Shown: piece by piece, positions 29,439-39,550 of the stretch | Layout: every line of letters begins with the position of its first letter | Position numbering within the stretch: the stretch's first letter is position 1 | Source: a virus | Taxonomy: Duplodnaviria > Caudoviricetes | Reading direction: 5' to 3' (one strand) | IMG/VR virus record: IMGVR_UViG_3300014205_000182 | Location: 64,001 to 128,000 of that record | DNA: 64,000 nt | Notes under the pieces: generated by a model | Databases searched by the model: none | Told to the model about the DNA's origin: nothing | Seen by the model: the letters and a program-made list of their open reading frames with translations, nothing else | Translations under genes and position numbers: made by a program

Positions 29439-29656
29439 TGCTGTACCGTGAATTACGTGCTTCGCGCATGATTGCACTTCTTGCTCAGATGGGCATCAAG
29501 TCCGCCGTCGATATGTCCCTTGAGGACGCTTGTCGCTCGTACTCTCGCCTTCGAAGAGGCGTCGAGAATATTGGTGTCCCGATGTCGCCAGCCGTTCTGG
29601 CTCATAAGAGCCGTCAGCGTCGCAGGGCTCGACAGACTCATAGGGGTAAGCGGTGA
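29438..29656 (+). CDS. small basic hypothetical protein
   Basis: coupled ORF. Confidence 0.55.
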   Translation: MLYRELRASRMIALLAQMGIKSAVDMSLEDACRSYSRLRRGVENIGVPMSPAVLAHKSRQRRRARQTHRGKR

Positions 29657-30063
29657 AGTCCCGAGGCATCGACACTCTAGACGCTGTGCGTGAGTTCCAC
29701 GAGAAATGCGACCAGCCCATTCATCACCTTCCTTATCTGGACGACGAAGAGGTTAACGAACTTCGACTGGACTTACTTTACGAGGAATTGAACGAGCTAA
29801 AGACTGCTCTAAAGGACGGAAATGAAGCGGCTGTTCTCGATGCTCTCACGGATATTCAGTACGTCCTCGACGGTACTTATCTCTCCCTCGGGTTTCATGG
29901 GATGAAGGAAGCTGCTTTCAGAGAAATCCATCGATCAAATCTGAGCAAACTCGAAAACGGCAAAGTGCTCAAGAGAGCCGACGGGAAGGTCCTAAAAGGC
30001 AAATCCTATCGTCCACCGAACCTAGCCCCAATTCTGGAAGCAGCGTATGCAGACGATCGATGA
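29653..30063 (+). CDS. MazG-like NTP pyrophosphohydrolase
   Basis: EELNE, DALTD, HRSNLSK, DGKVLK. Confidence 0.85.
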   Translation: MKSRGIDTLDAVREFHEKCDQPIHHLPYLDDEEVNELRLDLLYEELNELKTALKDGNEAAVLDALTDIQYVLDGTYLSLGFHGMKEAAFREIHRSNLSKLENGKVLKRADGKVLKGKSYRPPNLAPILEAAYADDR

Positions 30064-30373
30064 AACTCTGGACCTCGCAATCACTCTTCTGGAGCGTGGT
30101 GCGACTGGGGATACTGAGCAGCTGGCTAGTTGGGTTGTCGATAACCTTGTACATGTTCTGGACGAGCTTCGTTCAGGTTCACTCTCTGTTTGTGAAGTAG
30201 CTAACTACAAGGTTTGTAGGGTAGGCGAGCAGATTGGCATTGTAGTGAGGGAGAAGCCAGATTTAATGCGATCAGAGCAAGCCAGAATGCTAGCCGCCGC
30301 TCTTCTTAGAGCAGCCGAGATGGCAGATTTAGAGGCAGCAGGTGAAAGCAAGATGGGAGGATCAGATGTTTAA
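30047..30373 (+). CDS. hypothetical protein
   Basis: resembles 1696..1953. Confidence 0.6.
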   Translation: MQTIDETLDLAITLLERGATGDTEQLASWVVDNLVHVLDELRSGSLSVCEVANYKVCRVGEQIGIVVREKPDLMRSEQARMLAAALLRAAEMADLEAAGESKMGGSDV

Positions 30374-30750
30374 GAAGGGTCAGAAGGTAGTCAAAGTAAT
30401 CAACGTGAAGGGTAATAAGTCGGCGACTGAAGCAATCGTGGAGAGTGTCCGTAAGGGAATTGTACGTTTAGCTGATTCTGGACTAGAGTATACGGAGTCT
30501 GGCGCTGAGATCGATCCTCCGATGATCACGATGGGCATTTACTCCGAGATCATTAGATACGACGGAGAGTGATGCAAGCTAGGTGTCCGACCTGCGATAC
30601 TCTACAACAGGTTACGCAAACCGGCGTAGCTGTAAAGTATCGAACAGATTCTGATTTCTCGCGTATTCCAGACGGACGTACGTGTTATTGGCGTATCTGT
30701 AATCATAAAGATGAGAACGGTGAGTCATGTGAGGGCTCTGGAAAGCGTGT

Positions 30751-32844
30751 ATGACGTTAGCTGAAATCCTAGCCAACCTGTCGAAGGAAGTAGAGAGCCC
30801 GAAGCCTGCACCCCAGCCTTCGGGTTTTAAGCTTTCAGACGCTGTTGCTGATCCGATGTGTGCGCCATTCGGCTGGCAAACCGAGGCGCCCGATGACCTG
30901 TTTCGTCGTGGCGACCCTGTTGGGGATTCGGCTGACCTCCAGCGCATTCTTGCGTTGCCTCGTCGTCCGCAGCTTGACCTGACCTCTGCAACCGCCGAGG
31001 CGATGGTCGAGCTTGAGATGCAGAAGTACGCTCGGACCGATAACATCGGGCAGTGTCGCTGCAAGAGTATCGACCCTCGCAAGGGCTGTATCACGCGATT
31101 ACTGCCGGCTCAAGCGTGGATTCTGCGTGAAGTCTCGATGAACCAAGGATTACTGGCACATGCATCCGTCGGACTTGGCAAGACCCTCCTCAACATCCTA
31201 GCCGGCCTAGCACTCACGAACGTCAACACGATCCTTCTTCTAGTTCCAGCTAGCTTACGCGATCAGATCCAGCACGACTATCAGCTGATTGCCCAACACT
31301 TTATCGTGCCCGGGTTTGTCATGCATATCGGCGTCGAGAAGCCGTTGTACCCGACCGGAAAGATCCCCGGTCGTCCCACGCTCCACGTACTCCCATACTC
31401 ACGTCTGTCGATGCCTGAGGAGAGCGACTTTCTTCAGCGTCTTCAGCCAGATGCCATCATCTCGGACGAGTGCGACAGTATTCGTGCGATGACCTCTTCC
31501 AGAGGTATCCGCATCGCGAAGTGGTTCGCGGGCGGAACGACGCCAGAGGAACGTGCCAAGCGAATGGCAACGAAGTTTCTCGGCTGGACCGGTTCGCTAA
31601 CCGACTCCTCAATCACCGAGTTCAACTACCTGGCTCTGTTTGCTCTCCGTGACAAATCGCCGCTACCCCTCGACCCCAACACAGTCATCGAGTGGTCGCG
31701 CTGTCTCGACGCTACCGGCAACGCCAGCCCACCCGGCGAGCTAAAGCGCTTCTGTTCGCCTGGCGAGAACGTGCGCCATGCGGTTCGTCGTCGGCTTGCT
31801 GAGACTCCGGGGTTTATTATCGCCAACCAGACCGAGATCGAAGTAACGGGCGGTGAGGGCTTTGTGCAGAACTCGATCTCCGAGAAAGAGGCGCCGCCGT
31901 TGCCCGAGATTATCGAGGAAGCACTGGCGATGATCCGAAACGACGGCGTTCGTCCCGACTCACTAATCAGCCGAGTCAGGCCAGATATCGCCGAGATGAT
32001 GGGCGACGACCTGCTCCTCGACGAGACCCTTGAGGACGCGATGGCTATTGCTCGCGCTGCTCAGGAAGTATCGGTCGGTGTTCTGTATTTTTGGAAGTAC
32101 CCTAACCGCGAACCACGCACTCTGATCAAGGAGTGGCTGCTGAAGCGTCGTGACTACAATCGCGAAATTCGCGAGAAGACGCTAGAGGGTGAAACGTACC
32201 TCGACTCGGCGAAGCTTTGCGAATCAGCTGCCCAGCGGTTCTGGGGTGACGAGCAGAAGCGTGACGACCGGCCTGAGTGGCGTTGCGAATCCTGGCCAGC
32301 CTGGAAGGAAATCAGGAACAAGGTCAAACCACAGACGGACTCTTGCGTGCTGCACGACTTCCTGTGTGTTGACGCTGCCGAGTGGGCCAAGGAACGCCCT
32401 GGGATTCTCTGGTACCGCATGCGTGCTCTTGCTGTGCGAATCCAGGAGCTAACCGGGCTTCCGATCCACGACGGCGGTCCGAAGGGTGGTCTGCGTCTGA
32501 TGGCAGAGCGTGGAGACCGCTCTATCATTTGCTCGATCGACTCTAACGGTCGTGGTCGAGACGGCTTGCAGCTTTCGTTTGATCGCCAGCTGCTGATTAA
32601 CTGCCCGGCGTCTGCAACGAGGACGGAACAGCTGCTTGGTCGTGCTCACCGAAGAGGTCAGAAGTCTTCGCTAGTTACGACGGAGATCTATCTGCATACG
32701 CCAGAGCTTCGCAAGGCGTTGAAGCAGGCTGTGCGTAGGTCTAGGTTCGTGCGTGACATTCTAGGGGCCGATCAGAAGCTGCTGAATGGTGCTGACGCGG
32801 CGCTGCTTGGGCCTGAAGATGACGGGGAGTCCTCGGAAGACTAG
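30751..32844 (+). CDS. superfamily 2 DNA helicase
   Basis: GLGKT, DECD, TGS, QLLGRAHRRGQ. Confidence 0.9.
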   Translation: MTLAEILANLSKEVESPKPAPQPSGFKLSDAVADPMCAPFGWQTEAPDDLFRRGDPVGDSADLQRILALPRRPQLDLTSATAEAMVELEMQKYARTDNIGQCRCKSIDPRKGCITRLLPAQAWILREVSMNQGLLAHASVGLGKTLLNILAGLALTNVNTILLLVPASLRDQIQHDYQLIAQHFIVPGFVMHIGVEKPLYPTGKIPGRPTLHVLPYSRLSMPEESDFLQRLQPDAIISDECDSIRAMTSSRGIRIAKWFAGGTTPEERAKRMATKFLGWTGSLTDSSITEFNYLALFALRDKSPLPLDPNTVIEWSRCLDATGNASPPGELKRFCSPGENVRHAVRRRLAETPGFIIANQTEIEVTGGEGFVQNSISEKEAPPLPEIIEEALAMIRNDGVRPDSLISRVRPDIAEMMGDDLLLDETLEDAMAIARAAQEVSVGVLYFWKYPNREPRTLIKEWLLKRRDYNREIREKTLEGETYLDSAKLCESAAQRFWGDEQKRDDRPEWRCESWPAWKEIRNKVKPQTDSCVLHDFLCVDAAEWAKERPGILWYRMRALAVRIQELTGLPIHDGGPKGGLRLMAERGDRSIICSIDSNGRGRDGLQLSFDRQLLINCPASATRTEQLLGRAHRRGQKSSLVTTEIYLHTPELRKALKQAVRRSRFVRDILGADQKLLNGADAALLGPEDDGESSED

Positions 32845-32898
32845 GATGGTTCTCTACTAAGAACGGCAACAGACGCCGTAGAAAAGAAGAGAACAAAG

Positions 32899-33519
32899 AT
32901 GAGTGATGTACTAGTTAATGCGTTTCTTGGTGCCGAAAATGCGAAGGCTCTCAATAGCTTCTCGCCAAACTTTGCGAACGGTGAGCACACTGTGCTCCTG
33001 AAGCGATTCAATGTCAAGGAATCGGCCAAGGGTAAGGGTAAGATTGTTGAGGCGGATTTCCATATCCTAGCCTCTAACACCGAGCCTGTGGATGCCACCC
33101 GTGGCTGGCCGTGGTTCATTGGCGCTGCCGGTTGGCAGGGCACGTATGCTGAGGCTCGCCTCAAGGAGTTCTTGACCGCTGTCGCTGCTTGTATCGGTGA
33201 TACTAGCCCGATCTCTCAGATCGGTGCCATGCTCGCTGGCCCTGCACAGGCAGGTCGTGGCCTTGCCATCAAGGTTCATGTCTTTGACGGTAAGCCGAAG
33301 AAGGCACCGGCTACTGGTTTCTACCAGGAGATTCGCTGGATCCCGGTGACCCAGACGATGGAAGACATCAAGGCCGGTCGAGCCCTGCTCGATGGTGACG
33401 GTGCCGCTGCTCCTGCACCAGCGCCTGTCCAGGCTGCTCCAGTACAGCAGGTTGCTCCTACGCCCGCACCGGCACCCGCTGGAAACACGTCAAGCTTTCT
33501 CGCTGCTCTGAAGCGATAG
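32899..33519 (+). CDS. putative single-stranded DNA-binding protein
   Basis: position in replication cluster; beta-rich core with Pro/Ala tail. Confidence 0.5.
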   Translation: MSDVLVNAFLGAENAKALNSFSPNFANGEHTVLLKRFNVKESAKGKGKIVEADFHILASNTEPVDATRGWPWFIGAAGWQGTYAEARLKEFLTAVAACIGDTSPISQIGAMLAGPAQAGRGLAIKVHVFDGKPKKAPATGFYQEIRWIPVTQTMEDIKAGRALLDGDGAAAPAPAPVQAAPVQQVAPTPAPAPAGNTSSFLAALKR

Positions 33520-33540
33520 GAACAACCGACAGGTTGCCCC

Positions 33541-33569
33541 TTGACACCACCCACCAGGGTGGTTACTGT
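33541..33569 (+). promoter_or_regulatory. promoter of ncRNA operon 1
   Basis: TTGACA-17nt-TACTGT; predicted +1 near 33576. Confidence 0.8.
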
Positions 33570-33575
33570 ATCTGA

Positions 33576-33651
33576 GTCACCAAGCATGGTACCTGAGGAG
33601 ATCTCAGGGCACGACCAAGTTGTTCTTCGTTCGCATGAAACACTTGGTGAC
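33576..33651 (+). ncRNA. 76-nt structured RNA of unknown class
   Basis: 9-bp terminal stem GTCACCAAG/CTTGGTGAC beginning at predicted +1; inner CTGAG/CTCAG and TGGT/ACCA. Confidence 0.6.
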
Positions 33652-33656
33652 GATTA

Positions 33657-33732
33657 GGTGAGGTACGCTAAGTTAAAGCGGCGGGCACTATAAAGCCCGT
33701 GTTTGGTGGTTCATGTCCATCCCTCACCACCA
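33657..33732 (+). tRNA. tRNA-like RNA with 8-nt anticodon loop (ACTATAAA); identity unclear
   Basis: GGTGAGG/CCTCACC-A-CCA, CGCT/AGCG, CGGGC/GCCCG, GGTGG-TTCATGT-CCATC. Confidence 0.8.
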
Positions 33733-33816
33733 TCCGATAGTGATGCTAGCGGTTACTTCTTTGTCTAAGGACGGGTTCTTCGGGACCCGTAAATACCCGC
33801 TGCGATTTTCTTCGGA
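33733..33816 (+). ncRNA. Y-RNA-like element A
   Basis: TCCGA/TCGGA, TAGTGATG, AGCGG/CCGCT, TTACTTC; cUUCGg hairpin insert. Confidence 0.7.
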
Positions 33817-33823
33817 CTAATTT

Positions 33824-34051
33824 ATGAGCATCCCAAACTACTATAACGACGGGCATACTGCCAGCGCAGAGATGAAGCGCGACCTTGCACGTGTTCGCCT
33901 GGCTAAGCCAGAGCGCTACCTAACTCGCAAGGTGAAGGAACAGCGGCATTCAACCGAAGGTACGGTCGACGTTGTCGTCAACCGCGAGCCTGATTCGTTG
34001 GCGATGGGGCGTCGTGCGCGACACGAGTTCTGGACCAGGAGAGCTAAATGA
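33824..34051 (+). CDS. small basic hypothetical protein
   Basis: ORF. Confidence 0.6.
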   Translation: MSIPNYYNDGHTASAEMKRDLARVRLAKPERYLTRKVKEQRHSTEGTVDVVVNREPDSLAMGRRARHEFWTRRAK

Positions 34052-34497
34052 GCGTCTTCGATACTTCTGATGTGGCTGGTGAGCATGCTCCTTATTTCAA
34101 GGAGATCGAGCGGCTGGAGATGTCAAACCAGCGACTCATTGCAGAGCTAGGGCGCATTGCCGAAGCTCTGGGTGTTGAACCGTCTATGGTTAAGGTTCTC
34201 GGTAAGATTCAGGAACTTCAAGACCGGCAGGTTGAGGTTTGTTACCGATCTAGACACGTTATCTACAGTAACAAAGCAGCAGCCGAAGAAGATGCTGCGT
34301 ATTACAACGGCCAACCAGACGACGTGGTCCCTGTGTTTAAGGTGTCACCTACACTTTATTATGAGAAGGCGTACACTACGACCAGCACTCACGGTATCAA
34401 GGTATTCTCGACTTTCGACGATTATCTGAAAGCTATCGCACTTGGTACCTTGACACCGCGCCAAAAAGTCTTACTAGGGTTGCAGGAGAAAGAATAA
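34048..34497 (+). CDS. hypothetical protein
   Basis: coupled ORF. Confidence 0.65.
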   Translation: MSVFDTSDVAGEHAPYFKEIERLEMSNQRLIAELGRIAEALGVEPSMVKVLGKIQELQDRQVEVCYRSRHVIYSNKAAAEEDAAYYNGQPDDVVPVFKVSPTLYYEKAYTTTSTHGIKVFSTFDDYLKAIALGTLTPRQKVLLGLQEKE

Positions 34498-34760
34498 TGA
34501 AGAAGCTAATACTAGTAGCAGTACTGCTAAGCGGTTGTAAAAAGGTTGAACGTCCGAATACGCCACCGCCAATTGCGGACGGTAAGTGCCTGGCTGACAA
34601 GTATGTTGGCGCGACTGCAATGAAGCAGTCTTGCCTATACGTCGGCTACAACTGGTCGTGTGCGTATGACGCTGGTATCTATTCGTGTGATCGTGGGACT
34701 GAAGCAAGTGGAGAGCGCGTTACAACGCCCGTAACAGAAATTCTAGGAGCAACAAAGTGA
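34497..34760 (+). CDS. Cys-rich lipoprotein
   Basis: MKKLILVAVLLSGC. Confidence 0.7.
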   Translation: MKKLILVAVLLSGCKKVERPNTPPPIADGKCLADKYVGATAMKQSCLYVGYNWSCAYDAGIYSCDRGTEASGERVTTPVTEILGATK

Positions 34761-35743
34761 ATAAGACAGAAGTGACAATCGTAGCCGATCTCTCGGGGTC
34801 AATGCAGGGTAACAAGGAGTACAAGCTCCGTCAGATGGTTAGCCAGCTGATCCAGCAACTTGCGAACGAAGAGGCGAAGGGCAACCAGCTTTTCGAAGTT
34901 CGTTTGCTTCCATTCTCTACCAGCGCTCAGGTCTGGGGACCGTGGCCGGCTTCTGCCGCTGCTGGCCAGGTCGAGAGGCTGAACACGCGCTCTCCGTTCG
35001 GTCAGGGTACGGCGTTGATTGACGCTATCGGCAAGGCCCTCGAATCGTTCAACGGCAAGACGCCCGCGATCATCGCAATCTTCTCCGACGGCCAGGAGAT
35101 GCACAGCACGATCTACAGTGCTTCTCGCCTCAAGGCTGCGGTCGCCATCAAGGAAGCGACCGGGAACCTCACCCTGACGTTTGCCGGCCCTGACAGCGCA
35201 CGCCACATGCTGCGCAACATCGGCCTGCCTGAGGGCAACTTCCAGTCGTGGGATGGTTCTGAGCGTGCAATGCAGGAGACTGTCCAGCGCACGACGTCCA
35301 GCATGGACAACTACATCCAGGATCGTTCGAAGGGTGTTACCCGTTCGGCACGCTTCTACGCCGACCCAGGCGACGTTTCTGTCTCGGCAGTTCGCGGTAT
35401 GACCAAGAAGGTCACTCCTAGCGAAGTGCGCAAGGTAACGGCGAAGATGGACGGTCGTGCCATCTCGGACTTCTACGGCTCGAAGTTCGACCCGGGCAAC
35501 CACTACTACGAGCTTGTCAAGCCTGAGTACATCCAGGATGGCAAGGAGCTTGTGATCCTCGTCAAGTCGTCGAACGAGTATCGCCTGGGCTCTCGTGCGG
35601 TTCGCTCTCTGCTCGGTCTTCCGGAGACCGGTAAAGTTCGTGTTCACCCGGGACCACACAATGACAAGTACCAGATCTTCGTCCAGTCTAGCTCGATGAA
35701 CCGTAAGGTTGTCGAGGGCCAGACGATGATCACGGTGAAGTGA
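34757..35743 (+). CDS. von Willebrand factor A domain protein
   Basis: MIDAS DLSGS, TALIDAI, SDG.E. Confidence 0.85.
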   Translation: MNKTEVTIVADLSGSMQGNKEYKLRQMVSQLIQQLANEEAKGNQLFEVRLLPFSTSAQVWGPWPASAAAGQVERLNTRSPFGQGTALIDAIGKALESFNGKTPAIIAIFSDGQEMHSTIYSASRLKAAVAIKEATGNLTLTFAGPDSARHMLRNIGLPEGNFQSWDGSERAMQETVQRTTSSMDNYIQDRSKGVTRSARFYADPGDVSVSAVRGMTKKVTPSEVRKVTAKMDGRAISDFYGSKFDPGNHYYELVKPEYIQDGKELVILVKSSNEYRLGSRAVRSLLGLPETGKVRVHPGPHNDKYQIFVQSSSMNRKVVEGQTMITVK

Positions 35744-35954
35744 TGACTGAATCCGGCTGGCTCATTGAGCGCTACGATCGCAACGAACAGCCGATGTACT
35801 GGTGCGGACTACTAATCACCGGTAATGTGTGGTCCTACGACAGTTCGAACGCCGTTCGCTTCTCACGCGAAATTGACGCCGACACTGTCGCGAGGAATTT
35901 ACCTTCACCATCTGGTACAGCCCACGAACACGTGTGGATTGATTTGGAGCTTTA

Positions 35955-36227
35955 ATGCTAACACTGATCTTTCTTATGGTTCTAATCCTTGGCTCTGTGA
36001 TCTCGCAGACAATGCGCGAAGAGGTCTTCAGGCCTAGTTTTAGCCTTGGTCGAGTAGTGACTTACTTTATCGCTTTCGAGACGATTGAGAGGATCCCATT
36101 CAAGTCGTATGATACGATCACCTCCGTCGCTGTCTGGATCTTCGCACTGCTAGTCTTTACTATCGCGCTAGTTCTCGTCCAGAAGGGCGAGGACTACTGG
36201 TGGAAGCATGCAACTCGCAAGACCTGA
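35955..36227 (+). CDS. small membrane protein
   Basis: hydrophobic segments. Confidence 0.6.
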   Translation: MLTLIFLMVLILGSVISQTMREEVFRPSFSLGRVVTYFIAFETIERIPFKSYDTITSVAVWIFALLVFTIALVLVQKGEDYWWKHATRKT

Positions 36228-36663
36228 CCAGGTCGTACAGTTAGGCTTCACCGGCACTAAAGTCGGGATGACACCGGCCCAAGCGGTCGGTGTTGCGGCG
36301 TTTCTGGGGCAGTTTGCCCGGTTCGTCGGCCATCACGGGCTCTGCATCGGTGCTGACATACAATTCGACGGGCTGGCACGTGCTGCGCTCGGCTTTGAAC
36401 ACATGGTGATGTACCCGGCCTCAGGTGTCGGTCCAAAAGCAGGGAGCGTCCCAGCGTCGCCTGGTGACGTTATGCGAGCACCACAACCCCCACTGCTCCG
36501 TAACGCGGTCATCGCCTCCACGGTCGACGTGCTGCTAGCTACCCCGAAAGAGGAGCATATGCAGCTTAGGTCCGGAACGTGGACGACGGTTCGTTATGCA
36601 CTGAGTCACAACAAGCCGGTTTTTGTGGTGATACCGAGCGGGCAGGTGATTCCGTGGTACTGA
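36208..36663 (+). CDS. SLOG/DprA-like nucleotide-binding protein
   Basis: GFTG, HHG.C.GAD, RN, SGTW.T.RYA. Confidence 0.75.
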   Translation: MQLARPDQVVQLGFTGTKVGMTPAQAVGVAAFLGQFARFVGHHGLCIGADIQFDGLARAALGFEHMVMYPASGVGPKAGSVPASPGDVMRAPQPPLLRNAVIASTVDVLLATPKEEHMQLRSGTWTTVRYALSHNKPVFVVIPSGQVIPWY

Positions 36664-36963
36664 CTACAAAATTACAAACTTTGAAGGAGCGGATGGAGCG
36701 TGATCTGATACGCACCTGCACACACATCAAAGCAGTGGGGCGATTCGGGGAAGAGGCAGCGAGAGCCCGAATTGTCGAACGCTTTCATGACGGCATGCCG
36801 GCACCTTGCACGTTTCAAATGTCTGTTAACCAGGTGTTCCAAGCGGGACCTGTCAGTATTTACCTCTACAACGAGGAAGGACAGCCAGTTATCGAAGTTG
36901 ACCTGGACTACCCGATGGTGGTCGGACCAGGTGACGAGATCCGACTACAATTCAGAGGGATCA

Positions 36964-37401
36964 GTGTTCAATCGCTGTAAAAAAGCCAGAGAGCAAGCCG
37001 GGTTATCACTTCAACAAGCTGCCAGAGTCACTGGCATAGCTGTCGAAACGTTGCATACGTTTGAAGATCCTAAAGATCCCGGACCACCGGAGGAGATGGC
37101 GCAAGTCATCGCATCATATTACGGTTGCTCGGTCGAATGGCTGCTTGGCAACGGGCCAGATCGTGATTACGCTACAGTCAAAGCAATGAAGGGTTCGGAG
37201 CAGCTATCAGACCATGACCGAGATGTCTTGGCCGAGTTTGCTGCCAGCCTCCCGAGGCGTAAGCAACCCACCGAAATCCGTGACGGTGGTGATGAAGACG
37301 ACTGGAACCAGTTTCGAGAAATCGATCGCCTGAGGTTTCAGCGTTTTGATAAGTTTGAAGACGCCGATTCTATTCATAAAATCACCGGAAAGAAACGATG
37401 A
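36964..37401 (+). CDS. XRE-family HTH regulator
   Basis: AREQAGLSLQQAA...YGCSVEWLLG. Confidence 0.8.
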   Translation: MFNRCKKAREQAGLSLQQAARVTGIAVETLHTFEDPKDPGPPEEMAQVIASYYGCSVEWLLGNGPDRDYATVKAMKGSEQLSDHDRDVLAEFAASLPRRKQPTEIRDGGDEDDWNQFREIDRLRFQRFDKFEDADSIHKITGKKR

Positions 37402-37751
37402 AGATCCTATTCCTGGACGACAACGCTGAGCGCCACGCCAAGTTCAAACACAACCGCGTCGGTATGGACATCACGCAAGCGTGGAATTACGCCGAGGCGT
37501 GCCACCACTTGACCCTTGAGGTGTTTGACATCGCTTATCTTGATCACGATCTCGACGAGCTAAGTACTGCCGGCCTACCGACAGAGGAGAAGACTGGTAC
37601 GCACGTGGCCGAGTTTATCGCAGCTATGCCTGAGGAGAAGCGTCCTAAGTACGTGGTTATTCATTCGTGGAACTACGCTGGCGCGCTCAGGATGCTCGGT
37701 ATTCTTAGCTCGGCCGGTGTGGCTTGCATGACGGAGTCTTTTCGTGGATAA
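37398..37751 (+). CDS. stand-alone receiver-like protein (cyclic-phosphate-processing type)
   Basis: LFLDD, LDHDL, TG, IHSWN..GA.RM. Confidence 0.75.
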   Translation: MKILFLDDNAERHAKFKHNRVGMDITQAWNYAEACHHLTLEVFDIAYLDHDLDELSTAGLPTEEKTGTHVAEFIAAMPEEKRPKYVVIHSWNYAGALRMLGILSSAGVACMTESFRG

Positions 37752-38059
37752 ACGACAAGTTAGGATCATCAATAAGCAAGGGGTGCTTATAGGTGTAGGT
37801 AAGTTGCGCTATGTTAACACCGGAGAAGGGCACGGCTATAACTGCATGGTTCAGTGCGAACCTCCTGTAGAATTAACGATCTTTAGTCACCAGTACACCG
37901 AACATTTCTACTTCCTTCTGCCGTCCGGGCATTATCACGTCTGGGGTTGTGGGCATAGCGAACCTGACGACCAAATCCAGATCCACCCTGAAGACTTGCA
38001 CGATATTCTGGTCTGGCATCCACAGGAGTCTTTCAGAGGTTGAACTAGTTTTCTGATTG

Positions 38060-39550
38060 ATGCTACCAGAACGTCTGCAAACCCTACCAACAAACGGCAT
38101 AGCTTTCGACTTAGAAACGTACCTGATCCGTCCGGGGAACTTAGTTCCCCCGCTCGTCCTGGGCTCCGTTGCCTGGTACGATGGAGCTAACATTCAGGGC
38201 GCCCTGCTCGACAAGGAGCAGGCGCTTGAGTTATTTGCTCAGGTCATCGACGACACTACGAAGATCATCGAAGGCGCTAACATCGCTTTCGATCTAGCTG
38301 TTCTCGTTCGCGAGTTCGCCAAGCGAGGGATTGACATTATCCCCTACATCGCCATGGCGCTTATGGGCGAGCATCGCGAACACATGACCGGCATCGACGA
38401 CGGTCGAATCTACGACATTCAACACGCCGAGGCTCTGAACGCCATCGGTCTCGGAATGCTCGGCAAGAACCCGCGAACCGGTGAGCCTCTGAAGGGACGC
38501 TACTCGCAGGATCAGGTTATCAAGCTTAACTTTGACAGAGATGATGCCAAGATTAACGACGAATTCCGTTTGCGATACGGCGAGTTCGACGGTGTACCGC
38601 TCGATCAACTTCCCGAGAAGGCTCGCCAGTACCCAGTAGACGACGTCGTCAACTGTAAGCAAGCAGCACTGGCCCAGACTGGTCACATCCCTAAGATCGG
38701 CCCGTATCACACCTGGGGACCGAAGGGTGCGTGTGTCGACTGTGGCGCCACGGGCATGAGTACGCCGTGCTGGATCACGAAGCCTCACCTGAACCTTCAC
38801 GACCTTGCTAGCCAGACCTCGACGGCATTCTGGTTGCACATGGGCGCAGCTACAGGCTTCAAGATCGACCAGAAGTACGTCGACATCATCGAGAATTATT
38901 CGTCTAAGAACCGCATCGACGGCCTCAAGCCGTACATTGAAGCGGGTCTGATTCGTCCGAATGGTACCGAGGATCGCAGCGAACTTAAGCGCCGCGTTGC
39001 TGTTGCTTTTGGTTCCAAGGATCCGTGCCCTGTCTGCTCCGGCACTGGCAAAGTACCGAGCCCGGCCAACCCTAAGTCCAAGATCATCTGCTTTCAGATG
39101 GCCGAGGACCAGCAGACCAAGCTCAAGACTTGTGACGGCACTGGTCTGATTCTTCACCCTGATGTGCCGCGTTCTGAGAAGGACGGCATCGGTTACGGGC
39201 GTTCGTACCTGATTGATAGTGGTGACGAATTCCTCATGGGTTACGCCGAGGTGATGGAAGACGCCAAGGTTCTGAACGTCTACGTTCCGTTCCTTCGTAC
39301 TGGGCGTTTGTGTGTCTCGTGTGACCATCACGGCACGGACAAGGATCCTCACAAAGAGGGTTGTGCGATGGCCGGCTGGAAAGATATCCCACTGACCCTG
39401 CGCCCAAACCCTATCCTTGATACAGGACGTGTCAGCTACGATGGGGCTGTAATGCTCCTGCCACGCCGCCCCGGTTTTATGGGTAAGTTCTTCGAAGAGA
39501 TTGAAGTGCCAGACGACTACGTCCTTCAGGAAGGTGAAGAATGGGCGTAG
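38060..39550 (+). CDS. family A DNA polymerase, N-terminal fragment (3'-5' exonuclease, thumb)
   Basis: FDLET, NIAFD, YPVDD exonuclease motifs; TGRVS...LPR. Confidence 0.85.
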   Translation: MLPERLQTLPTNGIAFDLETYLIRPGNLVPPLVLGSVAWYDGANIQGALLDKEQALELFAQVIDDTTKIIEGANIAFDLAVLVREFAKRGIDIIPYIAMALMGEHREHMTGIDDGRIYDIQHAEALNAIGLGMLGKNPRTGEPLKGRYSQDQVIKLNFDRDDAKINDEFRLRYGEFDGVPLDQLPEKARQYPVDDVVNCKQAALAQTGHIPKIGPYHTWGPKGACVDCGATGMSTPCWITKPHLNLHDLASQTSTAFWLHMGAATGFKIDQKYVDIIENYSSKNRIDGLKPYIEAGLIRPNGTEDRSELKRRVAVAFGSKDPCPVCSGTGKVPSPANPKSKIICFQMAEDQQTKLKTCDGTGLILHPDVPRSEKDGIGYGRSYLIDSGDEFLMGYAEVMEDAKVLNVYVPFLRTGRLCVSCDHHGTDKDPHKEGCAMAGWKDIPLTLRPNPILDTGRVSYDGAVMLLPRRPGFMGKFFEEIEVPDDYVLQEGEEWA

